Of a stretch of 39,371 bases of DNA, positions 26,085-37,788 are shown piece by piece. Under the pieces are notes generated by a model, which was given only the letters and a program-made list of their open reading frames with translations, had not been told where the DNA came from and ran no database searches. Position 1 is the first letter of the stretch. The number at the start of each line of letters is the position of its first letter. This DNA comes from Proteromonas lacertae (Eukaryota): the NCBI GenBank assembly GCA_002245135.1, contig NGBS01000891.1, positions 62,001 through 101,371 on the forward strand. Reading direction: 5' to 3'. A program made the translations under genes and the position numbers.

Positions 26085-29000
26085 TTAATATACCTTATCT
26101 CTGATCTTTTCAGATATAAATCTAAGCTTACCAGATTTAGTTACATCATTTTCATCAGTTTCATAGATAAAAACATTTTGATATACTGTTTTTGATAGAG
26201 ATGATTTATATCTACCTTTCGTAATTTCTATTAAATCTTCTCTTTTCACTAACTCTATTTTATTTTGAATTGTGTTATTATCATTTGATTCATTATTACC
26301 AATAATACCTCCATTATATGTATAGTATTTACTATATTGTTTTATTAATTCTTTATATTCGTTTTCATTAAAAGTTACTTCATCTTTAATAGAATTATAA
26401 TTAGTAAATATATTACTTAGACTTTTTGGATCTAAACTTTTCAATAAGACAACTTCGCTTACTTCTTCTTTTGTAAATAGTGGTATGTACATTATCAAAG
26501 GGAATCTTTTGATTTGAAATGTTTTATACTTATCACCATATGCATTATCTATAACTATTATCACTTTAGCATCAGGATAATCATCTTCACCAATAACTTC
26601 TCCATCAGAAACTAGAACATATGGTTGCTTTGGTAAATAAAGATTAATATACTTCCCGTTATAATAAACATTTATAGAATTTTTAATAATTTTATTTATT
26701 ATAACTTCAGCTAATACTGATTTACCTATTCTACTATGACCAAGTATTAAATAATTTCTTTGATAATCATAAACAAAATTATCTTTTGAAATAATATCCC
26801 ACATATCTTTAAAACATTTTCTCATAACAAAAATACGACTACCTACATATATATCAAAATCTTTTACTATTAGAGGTTGATCTGTTGTTGGCGTTGGTGT
26901 TGTTGGTGGTGGTACAGGAAATGGTAATGGAGGAGTAAATGCATCTCTAGTTGGAACAGATAGAGCGTCAACCTTGAAGTGTCTATTACATCTTTTTACT
27001 GCTTCATTTTGTATTACACAGTATTTAAAATAACCTTCTTTCTTCTCACTGTATTCTCTTATTGATTCTTGAATTTTTTCATTTTGTTTCTTTTTCATCT
27101 CCTCATTTTTTTCATTATTATCTTTATCTTCATTATTAATCTTTAACTCTTCTTCACCATCTAATAATACTTTTATAAATACTCCATTCATTATTAAATC
27201 AAAGTAATTTTCTTCATTTAATATATAGTAAACAAAATACGATGAATCATTAGGACTATAAACATACACTTCTTTCTTAGAATCTATTTCGAAATTTGGA
27301 TCATTTAAAAGAACAGCTTTAGCAGTTTCAGCTGTTGTTTCAAGGAAGCTATATGATATATTAGTATTATCATAAAACTCAATCTCTTTTTTACTTAATT
27401 TATATGCTATTTTCTGTTTTAATACCATTCTTTTCACAAACTCATCATCATTATCTTTAATTGATGAATAATAATCATCGATCTGTTTATATTCATCTGC
27501 ATCTCTAGGTGGATAGAATTTACATACTATATATTTTTCTACATCATCAGAAATGAACTTTAAATGGTCTTTTGGTTGTAATATACATTCTTTTAAATCA
27601 TTATCCCATGTTAATTGTAAATCATATTTTAATATAACATTGGATAAATCATTATATGACAAATTACTTCTGTTCATATATTTCTCTATAAACTTGCTAT
27701 AACCAGTTGTTCCTGCTACACTTTCTATCAACTGCTTGTAATATTCCCAATAATCTCTATCTTTATAATTCTTTCTATACAAATAATGGTAATATATTTG
27801 ACGAGGAATATTTCCATACTTTTTACATATTCTTTTAAAATCATTACTACCATCATCAGAAACACTACCATTACTACTACCATTTCTACTATCAACATCA
27901 ATACCAATACATTTTACAAACCATTCTTCAATTTCACCAAAAGATAATGATTCAAAATATAATTCTTTACGAGAAGCTTCGTAATTACTATTGTTACTAT
28001 GATCAGGTGAACTAATTGAAATGATTTTGTTGCTTTTATGGAAAACTTCATTTAAAGTATCAACTATTATTATAGAATCTCTTATTTCATTCAATTTAAT
28101 TTGCATAATGTGTATTTTAAAAATAACACCATCTCTCATTACATATATTTTCCTTTTATCTTCATCTCCATATTTTTTCCCTTTTATTATGTATATATCT
28201 TTGAACTTTCCTTCATTTCTTCTCCATACATTATCATCCATATGATAAATCAATCCTTTTTCTATCAAATCATCATAATTTTTATAATCTTCTTTTGTGA
28301 ATTCAATCACTTTCAGTTCATTTATGAACTGTTCATAATTATCATTTTTCTTTTCATTTATCTTTCTTTTCATTTCATACAATTTTATTTTTTTTGAATT
28401 CCATATTTCATACATCTCAACATAATCAATTCCTTTCATTATTCTTAATGCTAATAGATATGCTTCTACAAGTACATCAATTGAAATATCACATTTATAC
28501 AGTAATTATCATATTCATTAAACATATCCATATCAATTAATTCTGAAATATTATAGTTTTCATAATTATCACTGATTTTATCTATAGCTTTTTCAACATA
28601 CTCCAAATACTTTTCTTTATCTTCATCTATATTATTATTTGTAAGTGAAATACTTTCATTGAAATAAGTGATTGTATATATTCCATTAGTTCTGTTATAA
28701 CTACCATTTAAAGAAGCAATACAGCTCTTATTTTCAATGATATATTTAAACATTTCATAATTCATTTTAATGTCTCTTTTATACTGATCAATCAATTTAT
28801 TATTATCTTCCAAAATTTGTTCAAGTGTTTTTTCTTCTTTTATCTGCAATTGACTTTTAATACTTTCTATTTCCTTCTTTAATTCTTCTTTTTGTAAATA
28901 CATCATTACATTTTCATTCAATGGATAATATAAGAAATTATTCCTTATGAAGTACAATAACACATATATAAATGATGTTTTTCCAATACCTGGTTGACCA

Positions 29001-30686
29001 GTTACTACTATATTAGTTATCTGTACTGATAAACATTTACAAATATAATTAAACATCTCATAATAGCATTTTCTGATGTATATTGCATTATTTGGAAATT
29101 GATATAATGGTGTTGAGGTTGAAAACACTAAATATTTCTTGCTTTCATCACTTTGATCTACTCTCAAACTATTCACTACTTCCACAAAACTATCTGGTGA
29201 ATCAAGTAAGTCTGGATTCTCATGAAAGTTATTCAATATCATTATCAATTCATATATACTTCCACTCTTATATACGTATTCTTCTTCGATTTCTATTAAT
29301 TTGAATGTAGATTTTATAAAATCCTTTATACTGACAATATCGTAACTTATGTTTGTTTTTAATAGATTTGATAAATAATCAATTACATAATATTTCTTAT
29401 AATTATAAATACCATAAATTGTATTTGGCACTTTTACTTCATTTATTACATCATTACCAATTCTAACATTCATTCCATTTATAACAACTTTATCACCATC
29501 AACATCTACATTACAATTCTGTAATTCGCTATTGTCATATATTTCTTGATACTCTTTTTCTTTATAATATTCTATCCATTTCACTAAACCATTTTCATCA
29601 CCAATACTAATATATGGATAAATTGAAGTAGGTAAGTTTCCTGATATTTGTCTTTTTTCACCATTTCCTTGTCTTATGTACAATATCTTTTTATTCATAT
29701 CATATATCACTTCATATATATTTCCTACTTTACCACTAATACTTGATATTGGTGTTGATCTATTGTTTTCAATCTTCAGAGACGAACCATGTAATAATTT
29801 GATGTATGGATATATCTCATTTGATGTATCTTGATTTGTACAATAGCCAAAACTAATACCTTTACTACCAATATTCAATAGTTGATAATAGAAATGATAA
29901 ATCCCATCACTCATTTCTTTATTTATGATGTATTCATTTAAACTATTATCTTTGAATATTATATCACATACAACATATTCAATTTTATCATCAGGTTTTA
30001 CATAATAGTTATATAAGTCATCTTCTTCTATTTTTTTTATTGTATATACATATTTATTATTTTTAATATTCATCTCTGCTTGTGTAAGTTTATATCTTTG
30101 TATCATGAATGGTGGAACATACCAACTATCATTATCACGGCCAATCACATTCACTACCTTTACATGTTATTATACATGGACTAACTATTGGTGGTAAATC
30201 TTTCAATATATGTCTTTTTATTCCATTTCCATATCTAATAGACATTGTTTTTCTATTCATATCATATATTAATTCATATTCAACACCTTCTTCGGCTTTA
30301 ATATCTTGTGGTGGTGGTTCTAGTTTCTTACCATTATTATACACCTCAACTGAATCAGTTTTTAACTTAATATAACCACACTTTTCTTCAAAATATGTTT
30401 TATAATAATACCCAAAACATATATAATCACTCAATCTCACAATTATAACGGGATAATAATAAACTCCTTCACTCATTGGACGATTATATATTACTATTTC
30501 TTCACTATCAACACGCTTTAATCTTTTTTGTATGTTCGGATCTTCTTCTAATCTCCTCTTGATAGCTGCATCATCAGATCCATATCCACTTAAACTATAA
30601 ATAATTTTACCTAAAAAGTTAAAATTTTATATAGCAATACCTTCATAATTTCTTTTTACAGGAGAACTAATCATCAAATCACTCAT
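26085..30686 (-). pseudogene. Crinkler/RHS-like gene: two SPRY-like domains + two tandem CR-type P-loop NTPase modules (degenerate REase-like segment between); two frame breaks and an apparently truncated 3' end
   Basis: ATG 30686 and a ~30-nt intron lead in frame into ORF 30135-30476. Module 1: IYIRKCYYEMF, VTGQPGIGKTSF (28976-28999), IIIVD, ISSPD, YGNIPRQI, KFISDDV. Module 2: FVMRKCFKDMW, LILGHSRIGKS (26718-26741), IVID, MYIPLFTKEEV, NGGII, RFISEKI. Frame breaks near 30135-30175 and 28450-28500 could be frameshifts or atypical introns. Confidence 0.65.
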
Positions 30687-31443
30687 TTCTTAACTGAATG
30701 TAAGTATATAGAAGAAAATAGAATTAAAATGTTCAGTATGATTATTAGCTTTTATATATCAAAGATATTGAAAATAGTTCAGTTACTGTATTTAATAAAC
30801 TTAACAAAATTAAGTATATATTATTCTTTTTGAATAATATTATAACATTTACAGTTAATATATCCAAAAATAAAACTCTCTTTCATATTATGGGGATTAA
30901 AGATCATCAAAATGTGTAATTGTATAAATGTTATGCATAATATAAAGAAAAAAAAGCATCATCATATACATTCTACTATCACATCGATGATTAACAATAT
31001 ATGTTATAAAGCTAATAACCTACAAATTCTAAAGGATATATCTTTTCTATTTCTTTATCAGGTATTCCATTATTCTTATCTTTACCAACTAATAAATTTA
31101 ATATCATCATTTCTAAATCGTGAAAAAACATTTCTGAAAATTGAGTCGTTTCACTTTAATATTTTTCTTCTTTTCTTTCATTCATGATATTATTTTTTTC
31201 CCTTCATTATTATTCTTCACATTACAATCATTAATTATATTTAAATATCAGATGAAAAGGCTATACAACTAATGACATACAAACAACACTATAAAATAAA
31301 ACACTCTTCTTATATAATCTATGTGTACGGAAATTTAATTTGCACCTATAATAAGCACAATTAATGATGAGGGGAATGAAAAAATTTGATTATTAAAATT
31401 CTATTTTGATCAAGCCAAATTTATATATTATCGTTTTGTTTTT

Positions 31444-32918
31444 ATGAATCGAAGAACTAAGAAAGAGAACAAAACTAAACTACCAGAATTGTGTATATTT
31501 ATGATGTATTAATTATATTAGCAGGTTGTAAAAATGAAAGTTCAGGTGATATTAAAGCCAACTCTAGTTTATCCAGAGTATATTCTGAAGCTAGTTTAGA
31601 AAGTATAAAATAATATATAAATTAATATTTAAAGCATCTAATAACCAAGATGATCTTCTTTCAACCTCACATATGAAGGATATATCCAAATCGTATATAA
31701 ATATATAATAAGTGAAATATGTTTATGTAATATAGACCATTGAAATTGCCTTTATCTTTGCAATTAGCAGTTCCTCACGTTAACCAGCTGAGAAAGAGAG
31801 GATTACAGTTAGATGAAAGTCTTAATGAAGATGGTGTATTAAAAAGTAGATGTTGGAAAGCTTCAGCTGAGAGTAATCATGCTGCTTTAAAGATCCAATC
31901 GTTATATAGAGGTCATGTATAATATTTATATTTATATAATACAATAAATACATGTAAATAGGTGAGTCGAAGATATGTATGGGGTTTAAATGGTTTATTA
32001 CATCACAGACTAGCAATAAATATACAGCGAGTATTTCGAGGTTATTTAGGTAGAAAAATCTTCCAACGATTATTATTTGAAAAACAAACAGAATGTGCAA
32101 TAAAAATCCAAGCAGTATATCGTAGTTATGCAAGTCGACATTGCATGTTTTCAAGATTTGTATTAAGGATCCAAAAATATTATCGTGGTTATTTATGTAG
32201 AAGAGAATATCGAAAAATGAAGAATCGACATTTATATAGATGTGCCACTGAAATAGAAAGATTAGTAAGAGGATATTTAAGTAGAAAATTAAAGAGGAAA
32301 CTATGCAGAATAAATAAGAATAAAGTGAATTACTATAGTAATAATTTAAATCAATTTATAAAGAATATAAGAATGAAATATAAATCAAATAGTAATGATG
32401 AGAATAATGTAGTTAATTATATTTATTATCTACAGTTTGTTGTTCAAAACCGATATTTATGTGATAAATATTACAGAATCTATTTAGATAAATATCCCAA
32501 TAATAGTAAATTGATAATAGGTTATACATTGTTACAGCAAACTCTTTATAATAGTCGAAATTTGAATAAACCCAAAGATTATAATTATAATAATATATAT
32601 TGTTTATGTTCTTATTTGCAAAGACAAAGTGAAATATTCGAATATATAGAGAATATGTTTTTATACCCACAAATAGTAATAAATCCAAAGAGACCAGATG
32701 TATTATATAATATTATTCATATATATACTGAATTAGAATTACTTATTAATGGCAATGTTATTACAATTAAAAGGTGATAGAACGAGTATTATTAGAGCTG
32801 AAAAGTATCTTATAAAATGTAAAGAATTAAGTAAAAGAGGGGAATCATTGTTTGATCGATTTTATGATTCATTTATACAAAACTTTTATGGTAAACCAAA
32901 ACTAATATTGCGAGAAAA

Positions 32919-32952
<34 letters not shown>

Positions 32953-34269
32953 GTAATAATAATTAGAGAATATAATGTCTATCGTGTTAATAAATCTTTC
33001 AGAATATATTCAAATACAAATGGTAATATACCTCCATATATTATATCATCTAATGAAATATATCATGCGATTTATCATGATTTTGTTCATATTATTCCTG
33101 ATTATTATCGTGTATTTGGTATGGATTTAAAGAATAACGAACCAATTAGAGAATGGCTTTGGGATGAAGATTATATCAATGGAACTCCAACAGAATATGA
33201 TATGTTAAGATTTGAAGCCAATATAATATATCATTTAGATATAAAAATAGAAAATAATAGAATTATATCTGTTAGTATATATTTATATTATATGTCATAT
33301 TAAAATCTAGATGAAAAATTGGATCATATTTTATGTGATAGAATAAAATATTTGACACTTTATTCCAAGATAGTTAGTTGTCAATCATATATTCGTCGAT
33401 ATTTAGCCAAAGAATGGTTTAAACGAAATGTTCTAGTTTTAAAGTTATTAAAAGTTCAAAGGTTCAAATTAAGATATCTTCAACATAAACATAATCATCA
33501 TATAGAGTCTTATAAAGTAATATGTGAAAGATTATTGAATTATTTATATCGAATAAGATCTGAATTAAGCGATCGAATAAAAATAGCTTCAATAATCACA
33601 TTACAATGTTTTGGAAGAAAAATATTATCAAAGAATAGAGTAAAAGTATAATAATAATAATTTTATTATATATATATATAGAAAGCAAGAAAAAACAAAT
33701 TCTATAAGAATGATGTAAATGAAATTTATAGAGGAAATCATGTAATAAATGATCATGATTTAGTAATAACAATATTAAAGAGTGGTGAAAGTTATTTATT
33801 ACTTGGATATGATATTATAGAATGTGAAGAATATGAGTGCTGGGTTACTCATAATATAATAAATGAGATATTAATAAACTTTCCTTATGGTTATATACCA
33901 CCTTATTATGATAATGAGTTTTGTAAATCTGAAACAAAGAATCTATACAGTTTAATGAAAAGACTAGAGAGAAATGATACTAATAGAATAATTGAAGTGA
34001 TTATACATAATTTAAAATTAATACCTTGTATTACAAATCTTGCAGATATATCTAATTTATCTAATTTACCAACATTATGTATTGATTTAAAGAATAATAT
34101 CTCTGATCAAAATAGTAAAGGAATGATCTATAATATTACCCATCCATCCACAAGATTATTAAAGGATCAAAGTAAAAAATTGATTAATAAGAATTTAGAT
34201 GTTAAAAGAAAAAACATATACGAGATAATGAAGAAGTATAATGAAGAAAGATTAAATAAGAAACCTTAA
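31444..34269 (+). CDS. Multi-IQ-motif (calmodulin-binding) protein
   Basis: ATG 31444; eight short GT..AG introns join all ORFs to TAA 34267-34269. IQ motifs: ALKIQSLYRGH|VSRR, AINIQRVFRGYLGRK, AIKIQAVYRSYASR, VLRIQKYYRGYLCRR, ATEIERLVRGYLSRK, IVSCQSYIRRYLAK, IITLQCFGRKILSK. Confidence 0.85.
32920..32949. repeat. (TA)n microsatellite at the 5' end of an intron of the IQ gene
   Basis: GTATATATA... run starting at the donor site. Similar intronic TA runs occur at 4977-5020, 8880-8893 and 36196-36211. Confidence 0.8.
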
Positions 34270-34386
34270 TTTAATAATATTTAAATAAATTGGTGCACCA
34301 AAATGAACTAAACGTTTTCGTAAACCATAATTTAAAAGAATATAATTGGTCAAATATTTACAGACCTTTCATATTAAAAGTCAAAC

Positions 34387-36727
34387 ATGTTTGCTTTTTT
34401 GCCATTATTTTTATTTTCATTTATTAATATTTCTTGTGAATGTTTACCAGGAATATATTGTGATAACATTTTAGGAGAATATAGAATGGAAAAAGTAAAT
34501 TGTGACACAAATGGAATGATAATTGATTCAGTTTCAAAACTAGGAGATCTTATAAATGATGATTCAAATAGTAGATGTATTGGTGATGAAAAAATTGGAA
34601 TAAAAACAATCCATGATTCAAAATTTTCACAATCGTTAAGTCATTTAAAATTTCCTGTGGATAGTTTATCATTTTCTTTATGGTTTAAAGGTGTTGATAC
34701 ATCAAACAGTGTAATTCAAATAAGTTCAGATAATCATATTCCATTATTGTCATTAAGATTGAAGAAAATGATTTATTTCAATGAAAAATTAAATAAATAT
34801 GACAGTGTTATTTTTAAGAATCTTACTCTTCTTCAATACAATAATGAAATAATCATAATCTCAAATAATGCAGTCAAAGTATATGTTAATTCAGATTTAG
34901 TGTTTGAGAGCAATATAGATTTATCAATGCAATTATTTAACACATCATCAATTATAGACTTTTTTACATCTAATAGTATGGTGTATTATTATTTTTCAAT
35001 ATATAATGAAGTATTATCTGAAACAAATATTAAAAATAATTATAAGATAGGATTTCAGCCAAGTTTCCCCATTTTTTATTCACATAATCCAATCATTACA
35101 TCAGAAAACATGGAGATTGATATAAATATATACTATTTATGGTCAGATGAATTCTATATTAAACCAATGATTGATAATGTTGTAAAATATTTCAAAATAG
35201 AATTAATTCCACCTAATATAGGAACTTTTAAAATAAATAATACAGTTGTTGTTTCTCCTCATATTATATCAATTGAAAATCTGAAGTTGTCATATAATCC
35301 TCCTAAAGATACATTCAATGAATCAGAGTATTTTATATAATAATATATTATTATACTTATTTCATAGTCCATTAACATATTTTAAAATAAATGTAGAATA
35401 TGATGGAAATTATGAATCTTATATATTTAATATTACAGTTTTACCTCATATATACCCACCTATATCAGTCAATTCTACTCAATCATTAGAATACTTAAAA
35501 TATGAAAGGATACAATTTCCTAGACCACAGTTGCACCCTTTATCGAAAAATGTAACATTTGTTATTGAAAATAAACCTAGATATGGAAAAATTACATTAG
35601 AAGATAAAGAAGATATAGACAATTTTAATTTTACTGACATAGGCAATATAATATACAGAAGTATGAAGCATCAAAATAGATGTCAAAAAAATGAAATGTA
35701 CTATGAAGACCTTATTAATTATTACATAGAAGATGTATCCAATAATGTTATATCATCATCATATACTATAACCCTTTTTGTATATACATACATATATCTA
35801 TAATTTATAATATCATAGATATCTTGCTATTCACCATGTAGATTAGTTAATAATAGTACTTATGAAAACCAAAACTTAACAATTAATTTAGAGTGTCAAA
35901 AAAGCAATTATACAAAAATAATTATATTTTCTCCTCCTAAACATGGAAACTATTACTATGTAGAAAACAATACAAAAGTAGATGGATATCCAAAAAACTA
36001 CTATGACAATTTAATTTATTACTCTCCACAACGCAAATATTTTAATTATCCAACTCGTAATATAAATAATGAAACAGTTATTAACAAAGAAGATGAAGAA
36101 TCATTGACATATAAATATTACGTTAATGAAAATTTAATCTATTTTCAGTCTTTAAAAATTGATATTATTAATATAAAAGATAATTTAACTATGTATTATA
36201 TATATATATATATTATATTTATATATTATAGAACATCCCATCACAAAGAAACTACTCTAAAATTGTATGAAACTAAAAATGAATCAATTGAAATAAATGA
36301 TTTTGATAATAAATATCATTCATATAAATTATCCTATCAATCAAAAGATTTATTAGTTTTATTTAAATATCCTAGAAGCTGTTTACTAAGCACAGATAAA
36401 ACAAATGATATTGTTGGAAATTACTCATGTATTGATGACCTTCTGTCTAAAATATACCTTGGTGCAACATCTCCAAATAATGGAATCAAATTAATAATAG
36501 AAAGAGATGATAATACAAATACATCGCTTGTTATAAATTATGCTTTGAAAGCTAAAATAAGCAAAGCTTTTTCTATTAGCATTTCAGTCTTTTCAGGATT
36601 ATGTGTCATAGCTGCTCATTTTATTTCAATTATTACAACTAAATCGCATACAATTATAATAAAGAAAGAAAGAAAAAAGAAAATGGAAGAAGCAAACAAA
36701 GTAAGCTTTGTAACAATAAAAATATAA
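34387..36727 (+). CDS. Type I membrane/surface protein: signal peptide, LamG/concanavalin-like domain, cadherin-like repeats, C-terminal TM helix and short basic tail
   Basis: Signal peptide MFAFLPLFLFSFINISCE. LamG-like SLSFSLWFK, VKVYVNSDL, FSIYNEVLSETNI. Repeats FKIELIPPNIGTF / FVIENKPRYGKI / IIIFSPPKHGNL, each followed by a L.Y.P or IIY strand. TM segment AFSISISVFSGLCVIAAHFISII, then KKERKKK. Introns at ~35328-35367, ~35780-35818 and ~36193-36231. Confidence 0.75.
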
Positions 36728-37788
36728 ATATAATATATTTATTTTCTTTCACTATTGTATATAAGAAATAATAAACTGTTATTTGATAAAACTCTATTGA
36801 TCAGAATTTTTCGTAATGATTGTCTATTAAACTTATCTAAATAACACATATTTATACATATATTACATAGTTATTTGATATATATTGATTCAAAAGGGGT
36901 AAATATAATTAATTGAAATGATCAGAATATTAAGATATCTTATATCGTAAAAATTTTAACTTATGTATTAAGCTTTATCAATCATTCATGAAAATACTAT
37001 ATTATTTTAAAAATTACACAATTTTATAAAATATGATGTTTATTTACATACTAATATACCAATATAGTAATAGTAATACATATATATAATATTGAATATT
37101 TAAGCTTGATCTATTTCAAGCTTTTCATTTTCATATAAAAAGGGTTGCCATGCAGCTTACTTTAATTGCAACAATGACATAACGGTTAATGGAGAAAATG
37201 AATTGAATAACCAAGCAAAATATACAAACTATAAACTAACAATTACAAATCCGAGTATTAAATATGAATAAGTCAATTTAATAGTAGAAAATAATTGTTA
37301 CATGTAATAGTTTAAGTAAATATATGAATCCATCAACAAAAATCCCTAGATACAGAAAGGTTGTCATTCCTGTGCTGTGCCCCCCTCCTTCTGTCCTTGT
37401 CCTTTGTAATTCAAATTCATCAGAATCAATAAGAGACATATAATTATATATAATATACACAATTGCTTCTGTTTTCCCGATATTATCATTAATTCATCTA
37501 AAAATGAAAATAGTCTATTTAACGATTCACAAAATAACGCTAAAAATTTTAAAAGGGTAAAATAATTCTGGATTTACAACACAATTTCTATTATTAATAT
37601 GCGCTATTTCATCCATTTGTATTTTCATCTTTTAAATTAACATCATTGTTTTTTATAAGAACAGTATTATAAATATGCAAATTTAAACACAATTCTATTT
37701 CAGTAGTTTAAATTAATAGACAAATGAAATTGTTTGATTATTTAAAAAGAATATGAGTTTTATTTTATTAAATGGCATATGTCAATCT

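Noticed and set aside
30700..31430. ORF 30912-31187 and the surrounding AT-rich DNA
   Set aside because: Low-complexity translation with no splice-consistent model; most likely intergenic DNA between divergent genes.
8074..36727. Blastocystis-type stop codons created by polyadenylation, or a reassigned genetic code
   Set aside because: All complete gene models end in a genomic TAA and internal stops fall in introns. The TGTTTGTT motif I noticed (minus strand, 10535-10542) is not downstream of a gene end.
37278..37460. 60-aa minus-strand ORF (RTRTEGGGHSTG)
   Set aside because: It is open mainly because it crosses the GC-rich repeat island, and there is no other coding support.
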